From: a virus
DNA: 64,000 nucleotides
Reading direction: 5' to 3' (one strand)
Virus record (IMG/VR): IMGVR_UViG_3300028559_000025
Coordinates: 1-64,000 of that record
Below the pieces are notes generated by a model, which was not told the DNA's origin, did no database searches, and saw nothing but the letters and a program-made list of their open reading frames with translations. This document shows, piece after piece, positions 38,792 through 47,780 of the stretch. The first letter of the stretch is position 1, and every line of letters starts with the position of its first letter. Both the position numbers and the translations under genes were made by a program.

Positions 38792-40556
38792 TGATTTCTT
38801 AGAAGTTCTAAAAGAAAATCATTTTGTTGAAAAGCCTGTTGACGCAAAGACATTTGTTGAGTCCCCAGACTATCTTGGACAACCACCATTATCTGATATT
38901 CAATATACAATTGTAGAAGCAATGAGCCAGATTTATCGCAAAGAAGATGTTGTTGATATCATGGGAGATGCAGGTGAAGAATATTATAAAAAATATACAA
39001 AGAATGAGCTTATCCTGCAACTTGGCAAGGGATCTGGAAAAGACTTTGTATCAACAGTATCATGTGCATATGTAGTATATAAGATGCTATGCCTTAAAGA
39101 CCCAGCAATATATTATGGAAAACCAGCAGGAGATGCTATTGATATTATTAACGTAGCTGTAAATGCTCAACAGGCAAAGAATGTTTTCTTTAAAGGGTTT
39201 AAGTCAAAGATTGAAAGATCACCATGGTTTGCAGGAAAGTATAATCCAAAGGCAGACTCAATTGAATTTGATAAATCAATTACTGTTTACTCTGGTCACT
39301 CTGAGCGTGAGTCACATGAAGGCTTGAACTTATTTATGGCAGTACTTGATGAAATTTCTGGTTTTGCATCAGAGGTAGCAACAGGAAACGAACAAGGAAA
39401 GACCGCTGATAATATTTATAAAGCTTTCCGTGGTACTGTAGATTCTCGCTTCCCTGACCTTGGAAAAGTTGTTCTTCTTTCATTCCCTCGTTATCAAGGT
39501 GACTTTATTTCTCAACGGTATGATTCAGTAATAGCTGATAAAGAAGTAGTAGAAAGAACACACAAGTTTATTATTAATGAAGACCTTCCTCATGACAATC
39601 CAGACAATACTTTTGATATCTCATGGGATGAAGATCATATACTTTCATACAAGATACCTAGAATATTTGCACTTAAGCGACCAACTTGGGAAGTAAACCC
39701 TACTCGCAATATTGATGATTTTAAGATTGCATTCTTAACAGATCTAGGAGATGCGATGATGCGTTTCCTATGTACACCAACATACTCATCAGATGCTTTC
39801 TTCAAGCAAAAAGATAAACTTATTAGCTGCATGACACTAAGTAATCCTGTGGATAGCTTTAGAAGGTTTGCAGAAAATTTTAAGCCAGACCCAGACAAGA
39901 TTTATTATGTACATGCTGACCTTGCACAAAAGCATGATAAGTGTGCTGTTGCAATTGCACATGTAGACAAGTGGGTAAATATCCAGGTAATTAAAGATTA
40001 TGAACAGGTAGCACCTATCGTTATAGTAGATGCAGTAGCATGGTGGGAACCAAAAGCAGAGGGGCCAGTTAATCTATCTGAGGTAAAACAGTGGATTCAA
40101 AACCTAAGAAGACAAGGTTTTAATATAGGATTAGTATCTTTTGACCGTTGGCAGTCATTTGATATTCAGCAAGAGCTTAAGGCTGTTGGAATAAGAACTG
40201 ATACTGTTTCTGTTGCCAAAAAACACTACGAAGATTTAGCAATGATGGTCTACGAAGAGCGCATTGCTATGCCAATGATTCCATTGCTTCTTGAAGAAAT
40301 GTCTGAGTTGAAGATCATGAAGGGTAATCGTGTTGATCACCCTAGAAAGAAGTCTAAAGACTTAGCAGATGCTGTTTGTGGTGCCGTTTTTGGTGCTATT
40401 TCTCATACTCCAAAAGAAATGAATATTGAAATAGAGATTCATACATGGGGAACAAGTGATAAACTTGCAAGACAGCAGAGAGCTATGGTAGAATTGGAAG
40501 ACAGGCAAATGCCTGAAGATGTCAAGAGTTTTCTTGATAATTTAAAACTAATATAA
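38775..40556 (+). CDS. terL: Terminase large subunit
   Basis: GKGSGKD Walker A; AVLDE Walker B; nuclease HADLA..HD; DHP....KDLADA. Confidence 0.9.
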   Translation: MSTTFNDFLEVLKENHFVEKPVDAKTFVESPDYLGQPPLSDIQYTIVEAMSQIYRKEDVVDIMGDAGEEYYKKYTKNELILQLGKGSGKDFVSTVSCAYVVYKMLCLKDPAIYYGKPAGDAIDIINVAVNAQQAKNVFFKGFKSKIERSPWFAGKYNPKADSIEFDKSITVYSGHSERESHEGLNLFMAVLDEISGFASEVATGNEQGKTADNIYKAFRGTVDSRFPDLGKVVLLSFPRYQGDFISQRYDSVIADKEVVERTHKFIINEDLPHDNPDNTFDISWDEDHILSYKIPRIFALKRPTWEVNPTRNIDDFKIAFLTDLGDAMMRFLCTPTYSSDAFFKQKDKLISCMTLSNPVDSFRRFAENFKPDPDKIYYVHADLAQKHDKCAVAIAHVDKWVNIQVIKDYEQVAPIVIVDAVAWWEPKAEGPVNLSEVKQWIQNLRRQGFNIGLVSFDRWQSFDIQQELKAVGIRTDTVSVAKKHYEDLAMMVYEERIAMPMIPLLLEEMSELKIMKGNRVDHPRKKSKDLADAVCGAVFGAISHTPKEMNIEIEIHTWGTSDKLARQQRAMVELEDRQMPEDVKSFLDNLKLI

Positions 40557-40569
40557 TAAGGAGAAGTAA

Positions 40570-42276
40570 GTGAATTCATTTAAGAAAATCGCTTTGGGAC
40601 TAGCTGCAGCAATGTCTTTTGGCGTACTATCAGCACTTCCGACAAGTGCTGCTGTAAACGCACCAACTCTAGCCATTGACTCAGCAACAGACGCTGTGAC
40701 ATCTGGAGAGTCTGCTACAGCAGTCGTAACATTGTCATTTATTTCAGAAACATCAGCAGATACAGCAACAATTATTTCTGCTATGTTTTCTCAGCCAGCA
40801 GGGGCAGCAAAATCTGCAACCCTATCACTTCTAGAAACATCAACATCCTCAGTAGTTATTGCAGGAAATAATGTTTCAGCAAACATTAACTCAACAGTTA
40901 ACACACCAACATATGTAACGGCAAAGTTCTTGGTAACTTTGAATGCACCAACAGTTGCAGGTACATATGATGCAAAGATTCTAACAACAAGCCCAATCAA
41001 TGGCCCATCAGTTTCATGGACAGTAACAGTTAAGGCAGCGGATCTAACTCCATCTGCTTCAACTACTACATCTATCCTCAATGCTGGTGAAGTAACAACT
41101 GCAACAGCAGATGCTACAGTTTATGCTCCAAAGGCTACTTCAACAGATGCAGCAGCAGTAATTGTTGTTACACCTAAGAATGCAGCAGGTGGATCAGCAA
41201 CTGAGTCAATCCTTGCAACAGTTTCAGGTTCAGGAATGATTGGTAGTGGATCAAACGCTACATCAATTTCAGCACAGGGTCGCTCATTGGTAATTCCTTC
41301 AGGAAACCACATTGGTGTATTTGCTGACGGTACAGCAGGAGTATCAACAATTACTCTTACAACACTTACAGGTGTAGTTCTTGCAACTGAGAAGGTAACA
41401 TTCTACGGAGATATCGCATCTATCGTAGCAACAACAGTTAAGCCTGTTATCCCAGTAGGATCAAATGTTTCAACAATTAAGGCAGTGGCCTACGATGCTG
41501 CTGGAGTAACAGTTGGAGCAGGAACAATTAACGCTTTCTCAAGCGATGTTTCAGTGGTATCCGATTCAGGAACTGCAGCAACAATCGTAAACGGTGAAGC
41601 AGTGTTTACTCTTACAGGAGTTAAGACAGGCGGAGTCGCTGTAACTGTTAAGTCAGGTACAGTATCATCTGCTCCAGTTGCTACTCGTGTAGAAGGTGCA
41701 GCAGCAACAGTTAAGTTGTCTTTTGATAAGGCTCAGTACCTTCCAGGAGAAGCAGCAACTATTACAGTTCAGGTTCTAGATGCAGCAGGTCTTCCAGTAT
41801 CTGGTAAGACACACGCTAATCTATTTGCTACAGGTGGAATTGTTTCTAACTATGCATTTGGATCAGCATCTGATGTATTAACAGCGACTTCTGTAACAAC
41901 AGACACAGCAACCGTTAAGACATATAAGGTCTTTATGCCACTTGTACAAAATACAGTCAAGATCACAGCAACTGGTGGATCATCTCTTCCAGTAGCAGGT
42001 CAGGTTGTAGTTTCTGCAGAGGCACTTGTTGAAGATTCTGCACAGAAAGCAGCAACAGATGCAGCTAACGAGGCAACAGATGCAGCAAATGCAGCAACAG
42101 ATGCAGCTCTTGCTGCAGCTGAGGCAGCAGATGCTGCTACAACAGCAGCTCAGGAAGCATCTGATGCAGTTGCAGCTCTTTCAGAGTCTGTAACCAAGTT
42201 GATCGCAGGCCTACAGGCTCAGATCAAGTCACTTGCAGCAGTAGTTGCAAAGATTGCTAAGAAGGTAAAGGCTTAA
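40570..42276 (+). CDS. Secreted Ig-like surface (S-layer-like) protein
   Basis: Signal peptide; Ala/Thr/Val-rich Ig repeats; C-terminal ATDAAN repeats and coiled coil ending KIAKKVKA. Confidence 0.7.
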   Translation: MNSFKKIALGLAAAMSFGVLSALPTSAAVNAPTLAIDSATDAVTSGESATAVVTLSFISETSADTATIISAMFSQPAGAAKSATLSLLETSTSSVVIAGNNVSANINSTVNTPTYVTAKFLVTLNAPTVAGTYDAKILTTSPINGPSVSWTVTVKAADLTPSASTTTSILNAGEVTTATADATVYAPKATSTDAAAVIVVTPKNAAGGSATESILATVSGSGMIGSGSNATSISAQGRSLVIPSGNHIGVFADGTAGVSTITLTTLTGVVLATEKVTFYGDIASIVATTVKPVIPVGSNVSTIKAVAYDAAGVTVGAGTINAFSSDVSVVSDSGTAATIVNGEAVFTLTGVKTGGVAVTVKSGTVSSAPVATRVEGAAATVKLSFDKAQYLPGEAATITVQVLDAAGLPVSGKTHANLFATGGIVSNYAFGSASDVLTATSVTTDTATVKTYKVFMPLVQNTVKITATGGSSLPVAGQVVVSAEALVEDSAQKAATDAANEATDAANAATDAALAAAEAADAATTAAQEASDAVAALSESVTKLIAGLQAQIKSLAAVVAKIAKKVKA

Positions 42277-42290
42277 TAAGCAAAACAATT

Positions 42291-42320
42291 AGGGGAGTCA
42301 GGCAACTGGCTCCCTTTTTT
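42291..42320 (+). terminator. Rho-independent terminator
   Basis: GGGAGTCAG-GCAA-CTGGCTCCC followed by a T run. Confidence 0.85.
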
Positions 42321-42357
42321 GTTGCATAAAATGGTATAATAAGGCTATTAAACATCT

Positions 42358-44637
42358 TTGAAAGGATGGCCCTCTATCAGAAACTTCCTACTAAAAAGTT
42401 GTTTGGTGGGATTTTTTGTATTGCTTTGGCTATTCTTTGCATCTGGAGAACCTGCACATGCAGATGAGGTTTTAACTGTACAGGTAGATACAGCAACAGC
42501 AACTTCTACTGGGACAATACAGTTAACAGAGTCTGCAACAGTAACAATTGAAAGCGCAACAGCCATTATTGAGTCAGCAACTGCTGTAATTACTCAGGCC
42601 GAAACTGTCACGGCAGTCATACAAACCCAAGCAACAGCCATTACAAGCCCTACAGAGACTATTACAGCCACCATCACACAGGCTCAGAACTTTATTACCC
42701 AGGCTCAGACAGTAGTAGATAGTGCTACTGTGGCTATTGCACAAGTTGATTCTGCTACCGTTTTAGTTGAAGAGGCTGAAGAAGATGTTGAGATTGCAGA
42801 GATAGCAGTAGAGGCACAGATAGCAGTTGTTGAAGATAAAACTCAGGTAGTTGAATCTGCTACAGCAGTAGTAAATGAAAACACAAGCCCTGGATTAACT
42901 ACAACAGTTTACCAAAATATTGGATACAACAATGCACCACCATTGGGTGCAGGTCAGGTAGTTTCTACGACTACTGATACAAATGGAATTAATGAGCAAT
43001 GGGGCGGATCAGGCCCAGCAAATACGTACCCTGAAGACTTTCAGGTTAAGTGGGAAGGGATTTGGACACCAACCCATACAGGTACAACATATCTTCATGC
43101 TCCAGCCGATGATGGAGTTCAACTATACTTAGATAATCAACTTGTGATTAATGACTGGTACGACAAAGGTGGCGGAGGATCTGTTGTAGGTGTTCAAACT
43201 ACAGCAGGAACAGGGAAAGACTTTATATTGTGGTTTTATGAAAATGGTGGCGGTGCAGGTGTTTCTTTATATAAAAATACAGGCAATGGCTGGGAATTAA
43301 TTCCAGGATCTGAATTTAGCACATCTAGTGCATCACAAGAACAAATTCAAACACTTCAAGCAGCACAAACAAATCTTGAGGTTGCAGAAGAAACTCTAGA
43401 GATACTTAATAGCGATTTAGAAACCTCACAAGAAAACCTAACAACTGCTCAGTCAAACCTAACAAGTGCTCAGGAAAACCTAACAAATGCTGTTGTTGCA
43501 GTTCAGGTTGCAGTAGAAGTAATGAACAATAATGTTGCAGCAGCACAAAATATTGTTGTATCAACACTCGCTGCTGAAGAGGCAGAGCGAGCAAGAATTG
43601 CTGAGGAAGCAAGACAAGCAGAAATTGCTAGGCAAGCAGCACTAGCAGCAGAAGCAGCAAGGGTTGCTGCACAACAAGCATATGAAGCAGAGCAGTCTAG
43701 AATTGCAGCAGAAGCAGCACGAGCAAAGGCAGAGGCAGAGGCGAAGGCAGCAGAAGAAGCAAGAATTAAAGCAGAAGAAGAAGCAAAAGCGGCTGCGGAG
43801 GCAGTAGCAAAGGCTGAAGCAGATCGTATAGCAGCAGAAGAGGCTGCAAAGAAAGCAGAACAAGAAAGAATTGCTGCAGAAGAAGCAGCAGCCAAAGCCA
43901 AGGCGGAAGAAGAAAAGGCTGAGTCTGATAGATTAGAAGCAGAGGCAAAAGCCAAAGCAGAAAAAGAAGCGAAAGCAAAGGCTGAGTTAGATGCAAAGAT
44001 TAAGGCTGAAGAAGAAGCCAAAAGATTAGCGGAAGAAAAAGCAGCAGAGGAAGCAAAGGCTAAAGCAGAATCAGATAGATTAAAGGCAGAAGCAGATGCT
44101 AAAAAGGCTGAAGAAGAAAGATTAGCAAAGATTGCAGAAGATGCTAAAAAAGGAATAGAGTTATCTAAAGAAGAAGTTGCAGCAGTTGTAACAGCATTGG
44201 TAGAAAATTTAAAACCAGGAGAGTCAATTTCAGCAGAACAAGTACAAGCATCTGGAGTCTCTTATGCAGACCTTCCACCATCTACACCAATTGAAGTTAG
44301 AGCAGATAAAAATGGAAATGCTCTTGTAATTACAGCAGAATTAGCAGCAAATGTTGAACTTGTACAAGATCCAGGTGCGCTACTTGAAGCAGTATTCAGT
44401 GATCCAGGAGCAGCGCTAGCAGCCTTTGGAAGCATAGGTGCAGACATGACTGAAGGCGAAAGAGAAGAAGCAACAGACATGGTTATAGCAACAGTAGTAG
44501 CAGCAGGAGCAGCAATTAATGCAGCAGCCGTAGCCACAGGCGGAGCTGCAGGTGGAAGCACAGGTGGAGGAAGTTCTGGTGGAGGTGGTGCTTCAGGTGC
44601 TAATTCACCAGGTTCAAGAGGAGGAAGAAAATGGTAA
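42358..44637 (+). CDS. Exported PA14-domain protein with long Ala/Glu/Lys coiled coil
   Basis: Signal/TM; PA14 motif (F.VKW.G...ADDGVQLYLD...INDW...FYENGGGA); EAKA repeats; hydrophobic plus Gly-rich C-terminus. Confidence 0.75.
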   Translation: MKGWPSIRNFLLKSCLVGFFVLLWLFFASGEPAHADEVLTVQVDTATATSTGTIQLTESATVTIESATAIIESATAVITQAETVTAVIQTQATAITSPTETITATITQAQNFITQAQTVVDSATVAIAQVDSATVLVEEAEEDVEIAEIAVEAQIAVVEDKTQVVESATAVVNENTSPGLTTTVYQNIGYNNAPPLGAGQVVSTTTDTNGINEQWGGSGPANTYPEDFQVKWEGIWTPTHTGTTYLHAPADDGVQLYLDNQLVINDWYDKGGGGSVVGVQTTAGTGKDFILWFYENGGGAGVSLYKNTGNGWELIPGSEFSTSSASQEQIQTLQAAQTNLEVAEETLEILNSDLETSQENLTTAQSNLTSAQENLTNAVVAVQVAVEVMNNNVAAAQNIVVSTLAAEEAERARIAEEARQAEIARQAALAAEAARVAAQQAYEAEQSRIAAEAARAKAEAEAKAAEEARIKAEEEAKAAAEAVAKAEADRIAAEEAAKKAEQERIAAEEAAAKAKAEEEKAESDRLEAEAKAKAEKEAKAKAELDAKIKAEEEAKRLAEEKAAEEAKAKAESDRLKAEADAKKAEEERLAKIAEDAKKGIELSKEEVAAVVTALVENLKPGESISAEQVQASGVSYADLPPSTPIEVRADKNGNALVITAELAANVELVQDPGALLEAVFSDPGAALAAFGSIGADMTEGEREEATDMVIATVVAAGAAINAAAVATGGAAGGSTGGGSSGGGGASGANSPGSRGGRKW

Positions 44638-44810
44638 GAATACTAAAAAATATAATCAAAGACCTAATAGATCAGGCATGGACTCTTCTTGGAATGTTTA
44701 TTGCTTGGGTGGTTTTAGATGGTAGTGCAAAAACAATAGTTGGCTATGGAATTATAGCAACCACAGCACTATGGATATTAACTAGTCCTGCTAGAAATAA
44801 AGAAGAGTAG
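44631..44810 (+). CDS. 59-aa two-TM membrane protein (not in the ORF track)
   Basis: DQAWTLLGMFIAWVVLDGSAKTIVGYGI...; GGAGG RBS. Confidence 0.65.
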   Translation: MVRILKNIIKDLIDQAWTLLGMFIAWVVLDGSAKTIVGYGIIATTALWILTSPARNKEE

Positions 44811-44823
44811 TATAATACTAAAT

Positions 44824-45033
44824 ATGAGAAAAATATTATCCACCATATCTGTATTAATACTATCTGTCTCTTTGACTTCTTGCGGTATGCTAGAAAACAG
44901 ATACCGTTATGAGTGCCATGACCCAGAGAACTGGTATAATAAAGAGTGCACTGTTCCAGTCTGCTTAGCAGATGGATTATGTACAAAAGATATACTTGGT
45001 TTTGATCCTGCGGAGGGTGGAGTAAATGAGTAG
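44824..45033 (+). CDS. Small Cys-rich lipoprotein
   Basis: Lipobox LTSC; four further Cys. Confidence 0.65.
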   Translation: MRKILSTISVLILSVSLTSCGMLENRYRYECHDPENWYNKECTVPVCLADGLCTKDILGFDPAEGGVNE

Positions 45034-45382
45034 AAAAAGATATTCATCAGATGAATTAGATGCAAGACTAAAGTTTTTCCTTGGAATGACACTAGGAACA
45101 ATTTTATTGTTTACAACAATGGGTATTCTTTATGCCCTTGTTTTTGTAACACAGCCAATAGGTGAGCAGTCAGAAAATGATAAGATGTTCTTTAATGTCT
45201 TGTCATCTGTGGCAACATTTATCACAGGTACACTGGCTGGTATTTTGATTGGTAAAAATGGTGGAAGCTCAGAAGTTACACAAACTTCTCAGCCATATGA
45301 GCAACAGTCTATTCAGACATCTAAGCCTACTGCAACACAAGCAGTAGATGAACTTGATGATCTTGATGATTTTATTGAATAA
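45026..45382 (+). CDS. Two-TM membrane protein
   Basis: Two hydrophobic helices and an acidic tail. Confidence 0.7.
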   Translation: MSRKRYSSDELDARLKFFLGMTLGTILLFTTMGILYALVFVTQPIGEQSENDKMFFNVLSSVATFITGTLAGILIGKNGGSSEVTQTSQPYEQQSIQTSKPTATQAVDELDDLDDFIE

Positions 45383-45393
45383 ATAATCAATTC

Positions 45394-45422
45394 TTGACAC
45401 CATCTAGGGCAGATGGTATACT
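45394..45422 (+). promoter_or_regulatory. Sigma70-type promoter with palindromic spacer
   Basis: TTGACA-17-TATACT with TG extension; ACCATCT-agggc-AGATGGT inverted repeat. Confidence 0.8.
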
Positions 45423-45451
45423 TTAATATACACATCTAAAGGGGTTGGGGC

Positions 45452-45976
45452 ATGACTTGTATTGCAGTGGTAAAACATGAAGATAAAATCTACATGGCTG
45501 GAGATCGTGGTGCTTCAGATGATGGAACAATTCTAGCACTTGATGCACCAAAGGTTTGGAAGATAGGTCCATACCTTATTGGATATGCAGGTGCAATGGA
45601 TGGAGAAAGAATCCGTTACAACTTTAAACCAACACCTCCAAACATTAAAGATACTGATAAGTTTATGCAAACTAGATTTATCAAAGAGCTTCGTGAATTC
45701 TATAATGAGTTCTGGGTTGATACATCTAAAGATGGTGATCTTGGTTTAATAGTGTGTGTGCGTGGTGAAATTTATGAACATAGTTCTGCCGATATGTCTT
45801 TATCTAAGTATACCCTTCCATATTTAGCTATGGGATCTGGAGCTGAGTATGCTTATGGAGTTCTCTATGCAACAGATAAACAAAAAAATGCAAGAAATAG
45901 AGTGATGTCTGCAGTATCTGCTGCAATTAAATTTAGCCCATCATGCATGGGACCAGTTGACATCGTTAGCCTTTAA
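45452..45976 (+). CDS. Proteasome-beta/HslV-like Ntn hydrolase
   Basis: N-terminal (M)TCI; AGD...K; GSG motif. Confidence 0.75.
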   Translation: MTCIAVVKHEDKIYMAGDRGASDDGTILALDAPKVWKIGPYLIGYAGAMDGERIRYNFKPTPPNIKDTDKFMQTRFIKELREFYNEFWVDTSKDGDLGLIVCVRGEIYEHSSADMSLSKYTLPYLAMGSGAEYAYGVLYATDKQKNARNRVMSAVSAAIKFSPSCMGPVDIVSL

Positions 45977-45985
45977 GGGTATACT
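45957..45985 (+). promoter_or_regulatory. Sigma70-type promoter for a leaderless gene
   Basis: TTGACA-17-TATACT, with ATG 6 nt downstream. Confidence 0.8.
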
Positions 45986-45991
45986 TAATAT

Positions 45992-46213
45992 ATGGAAGAA
46001 GAGTTTGAAGAAGTATTAAATCAAATGCAAAACAATGACTCAGACTACAAAGAGTTTGAGATTTGGTTAAATAACGGTATTGATAGAGGCTGGATTACAG
46101 AGCCTTTCTGCAATACTCATGATGGAGATCCATACATGACAGAAGAAGAAATGCAAGAGTGGTCAGATGGTGGAGATCCATGCCAAGTAGTATTTAAAAT
46201 AAAAGAATCATAA
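45992..46213 (+). CDS. Hypothetical acidic protein
   Basis: W...GI.RGW...PFCNTHDG...GGDPC. Confidence 0.65.
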   Translation: MEEEFEEVLNQMQNNDSDYKEFEIWLNNGIDRGWITEPFCNTHDGDPYMTEEEMQEWSDGGDPCQVVFKIKES

Positions 46214-46236
46214 CAACAAAAACAAGGGGTAATAAA

Positions 46237-47103
46237 ATGAAGAAAGTAATCGTAGTTCTAGTATCAGTAGTAATGTCATTTATGGCAATTCAGCCAGCAC
46301 ATGCAGAAGATCAAAAGGTCTTGGCTATCATTGACACAGCAATTGACTCATCAAGAATGACAAATGTAATCCATGAAGTATGTTTTACATACAATAATAC
46401 ATGCAACAATAAAGCTGGGTATGATGAGGGTCCAGGATCTGCAAGAATTAATAACTGGAAGATTAAGGGTGCTCTTCACGGATTTAGTATGGCACAGGTT
46501 GCAGTCCAAGCAAATCCAAATGTAAAGATTGTCTTTATCAGAATTTCTGATGAAAAGGTATACGATACATTTTCAATGATTCGTAATGATGGTGGATCAA
46601 TCGCACGTGCTATTGACTGGGTATCTAATAATGCATCACGATTTAACATCAAGGCTGTATCTATTAGTCAGTCAAGAAGCAACTTTGCTGCTGGAACATG
46701 CCCATCTGATACGCTTTTTGAGGAATCTGTAAAGAAGCTAAAAGTACAGAATGTTCCTACATTTGTAGCAACTGGCAATGATAGTAAAAAGAATCAAATT
46801 GGATTCCCAGCATGTGTTTCTGGAGTATACTCAGTTGCAGGTACAGATGCTAAGAATAATATTGTTAGATCAAGCAATGTCAATGCAACAACAAGCCTGC
46901 TTGCCTCTACATGCTTTAGTTTTAATAAAGATGCATGCGTAGAAACAAGAGACTACTTTGGGGTTATGCGCCCAATCGTTGGAACATCTACGGCTACAGT
47001 GCTTGCTGCAACACTATCTATTAGCAAGAATAGTCTGTCAAACTTTGATCAGTTCTTGGCAACATTGCCTAAGTCAGGCAACTATCCATACCTATCAAAG
47101 TAA
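46237..47103 (+). CDS. Secreted subtilisin-like (S8) peptidase
   Basis: Signal peptide; IIDT (Asp), HG..MA (His), ATGND (oxyanion), GTS (Ser). Confidence 0.8.
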   Translation: MKKVIVVLVSVVMSFMAIQPAHAEDQKVLAIIDTAIDSSRMTNVIHEVCFTYNNTCNNKAGYDEGPGSARINNWKIKGALHGFSMAQVAVQANPNVKIVFIRISDEKVYDTFSMIRNDGGSIARAIDWVSNNASRFNIKAVSISQSRSNFAAGTCPSDTLFEESVKKLKVQNVPTFVATGNDSKKNQIGFPACVSGVYSVAGTDAKNNIVRSSNVNATTSLLASTCFSFNKDACVETRDYFGVMRPIVGTSTATVLAATLSISKNSLSNFDQFLATLPKSGNYPYLSK

Positions 47104-47110
47104 GAGGTTT

Positions 47111-47131
47111 TGGTCTGTAGATTCAGACCAA
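47111..47131 (+). other. tRNA acceptor-stem minihelix/remnant
   Basis: TGGTCTG-TAGATT-CAGACCA-A directly before tRNA-Asn. Confidence 0.45.
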
Positions 47132-47203
47132 TGGGGTATAGTGAAATGGCTATCACGGAACGCTGTTAACGTTCAATACTTGGATCGTAACCAGGTACCC
47201 CAG
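47132..47203 (+). tRNA. tRNA-Asn(GUU)
   Basis: Cloverleaf: acceptor TGGGGTA/TACCCCA; anticodon arm GAACG-CTGTTAA-CGTTC; T-loop ATCGTAA; CCA not encoded. Confidence 0.85.
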
Positions 47204-47207
47204 CAAT

Positions 47208-47281
47208 GCGGATATTGCATAGTGATAGTGCGTAACCTTGCCAAGGTTAATGTGCGGGTTTGATTCCCGCTATCCGCTCCA
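47208..47281 (+). tRNA. tRNA-Gly(GCC)
   Basis: Acceptor GCGGATA/TATCCGC-T-CCA; anticodon arm TAACC-TTGCCAA-GGTTA. Confidence 0.9.
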
Positions 47282-47352
47282 AAAAGTTTGATATAATAGT
47301 ATTGTATTGCCTACGGGGATACATTAACTTATTCGCTTGAAAGGGGAATAAC

Positions 47353-47769
47353 ATGGTAACAAAGTACGCTATGGATCTATTCAATGATCCTTTTTTTATT
47401 GGCTTTGGCAGGGAGCTAAGTCGCCTTAATGGTGCATATAAAACAAATTCACAGTCATATCCTCCATATGATCTTATTAAGCTAGATGAAGATACATATA
47501 GACTATCACTTGCAGTTGCAGGTTTTACAAAAGAAGATATTGATGTATCAGTAGATAATGGTACATTAATTATTAAGGGTGAGATTGTTGAAGTAACAGA
47601 TGCTGAAGTTGTTCACAAAGGTATCGCAGCTCGTAAATTTGTAAGATCATTTGCACTTGGAGAATACATGGAAGTAACAGGGGCTGATCTAAAGGATGGT
47701 ATGCTACATATTAATGTTGATCGTATCGTTCCTGAAGAAAAGAAACCCAAGACAATTAAAATCAAGTAG
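47353..47769 (+). CDS. Small heat-shock protein (Hsp20/IbpA-like)
   Basis: YPPYD...LAVAGF...HKGIAARKF.RSF.L...DGML...PKTIKI. Confidence 0.92.
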   Translation: MVTKYAMDLFNDPFFIGFGRELSRLNGAYKTNSQSYPPYDLIKLDEDTYRLSLAVAGFTKEDIDVSVDNGTLIIKGEIVEVTDAEVVHKGIAARKFVRSFALGEYMEVTGADLKDGMLHINVDRIVPEEKKPKTIKIK

Positions 47770-47780
47770 TACAATATAGA

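Noticed and set aside
27092-40556. Inteins or introns in DnaB, DnaE, RecA or TerL
   Set aside because: The ORFs are continuous, of normal length, and show no splice motifs
43406-44561. Minus-strand ORFs over the Ala/Glu/Lys region
   Set aside because: Antisense shadows of a low-complexity coiled-coil gene
46958-47263. 101-aa ORF from the ORF track
   Set aside because: It overlaps the S8 gene end and two tRNAs
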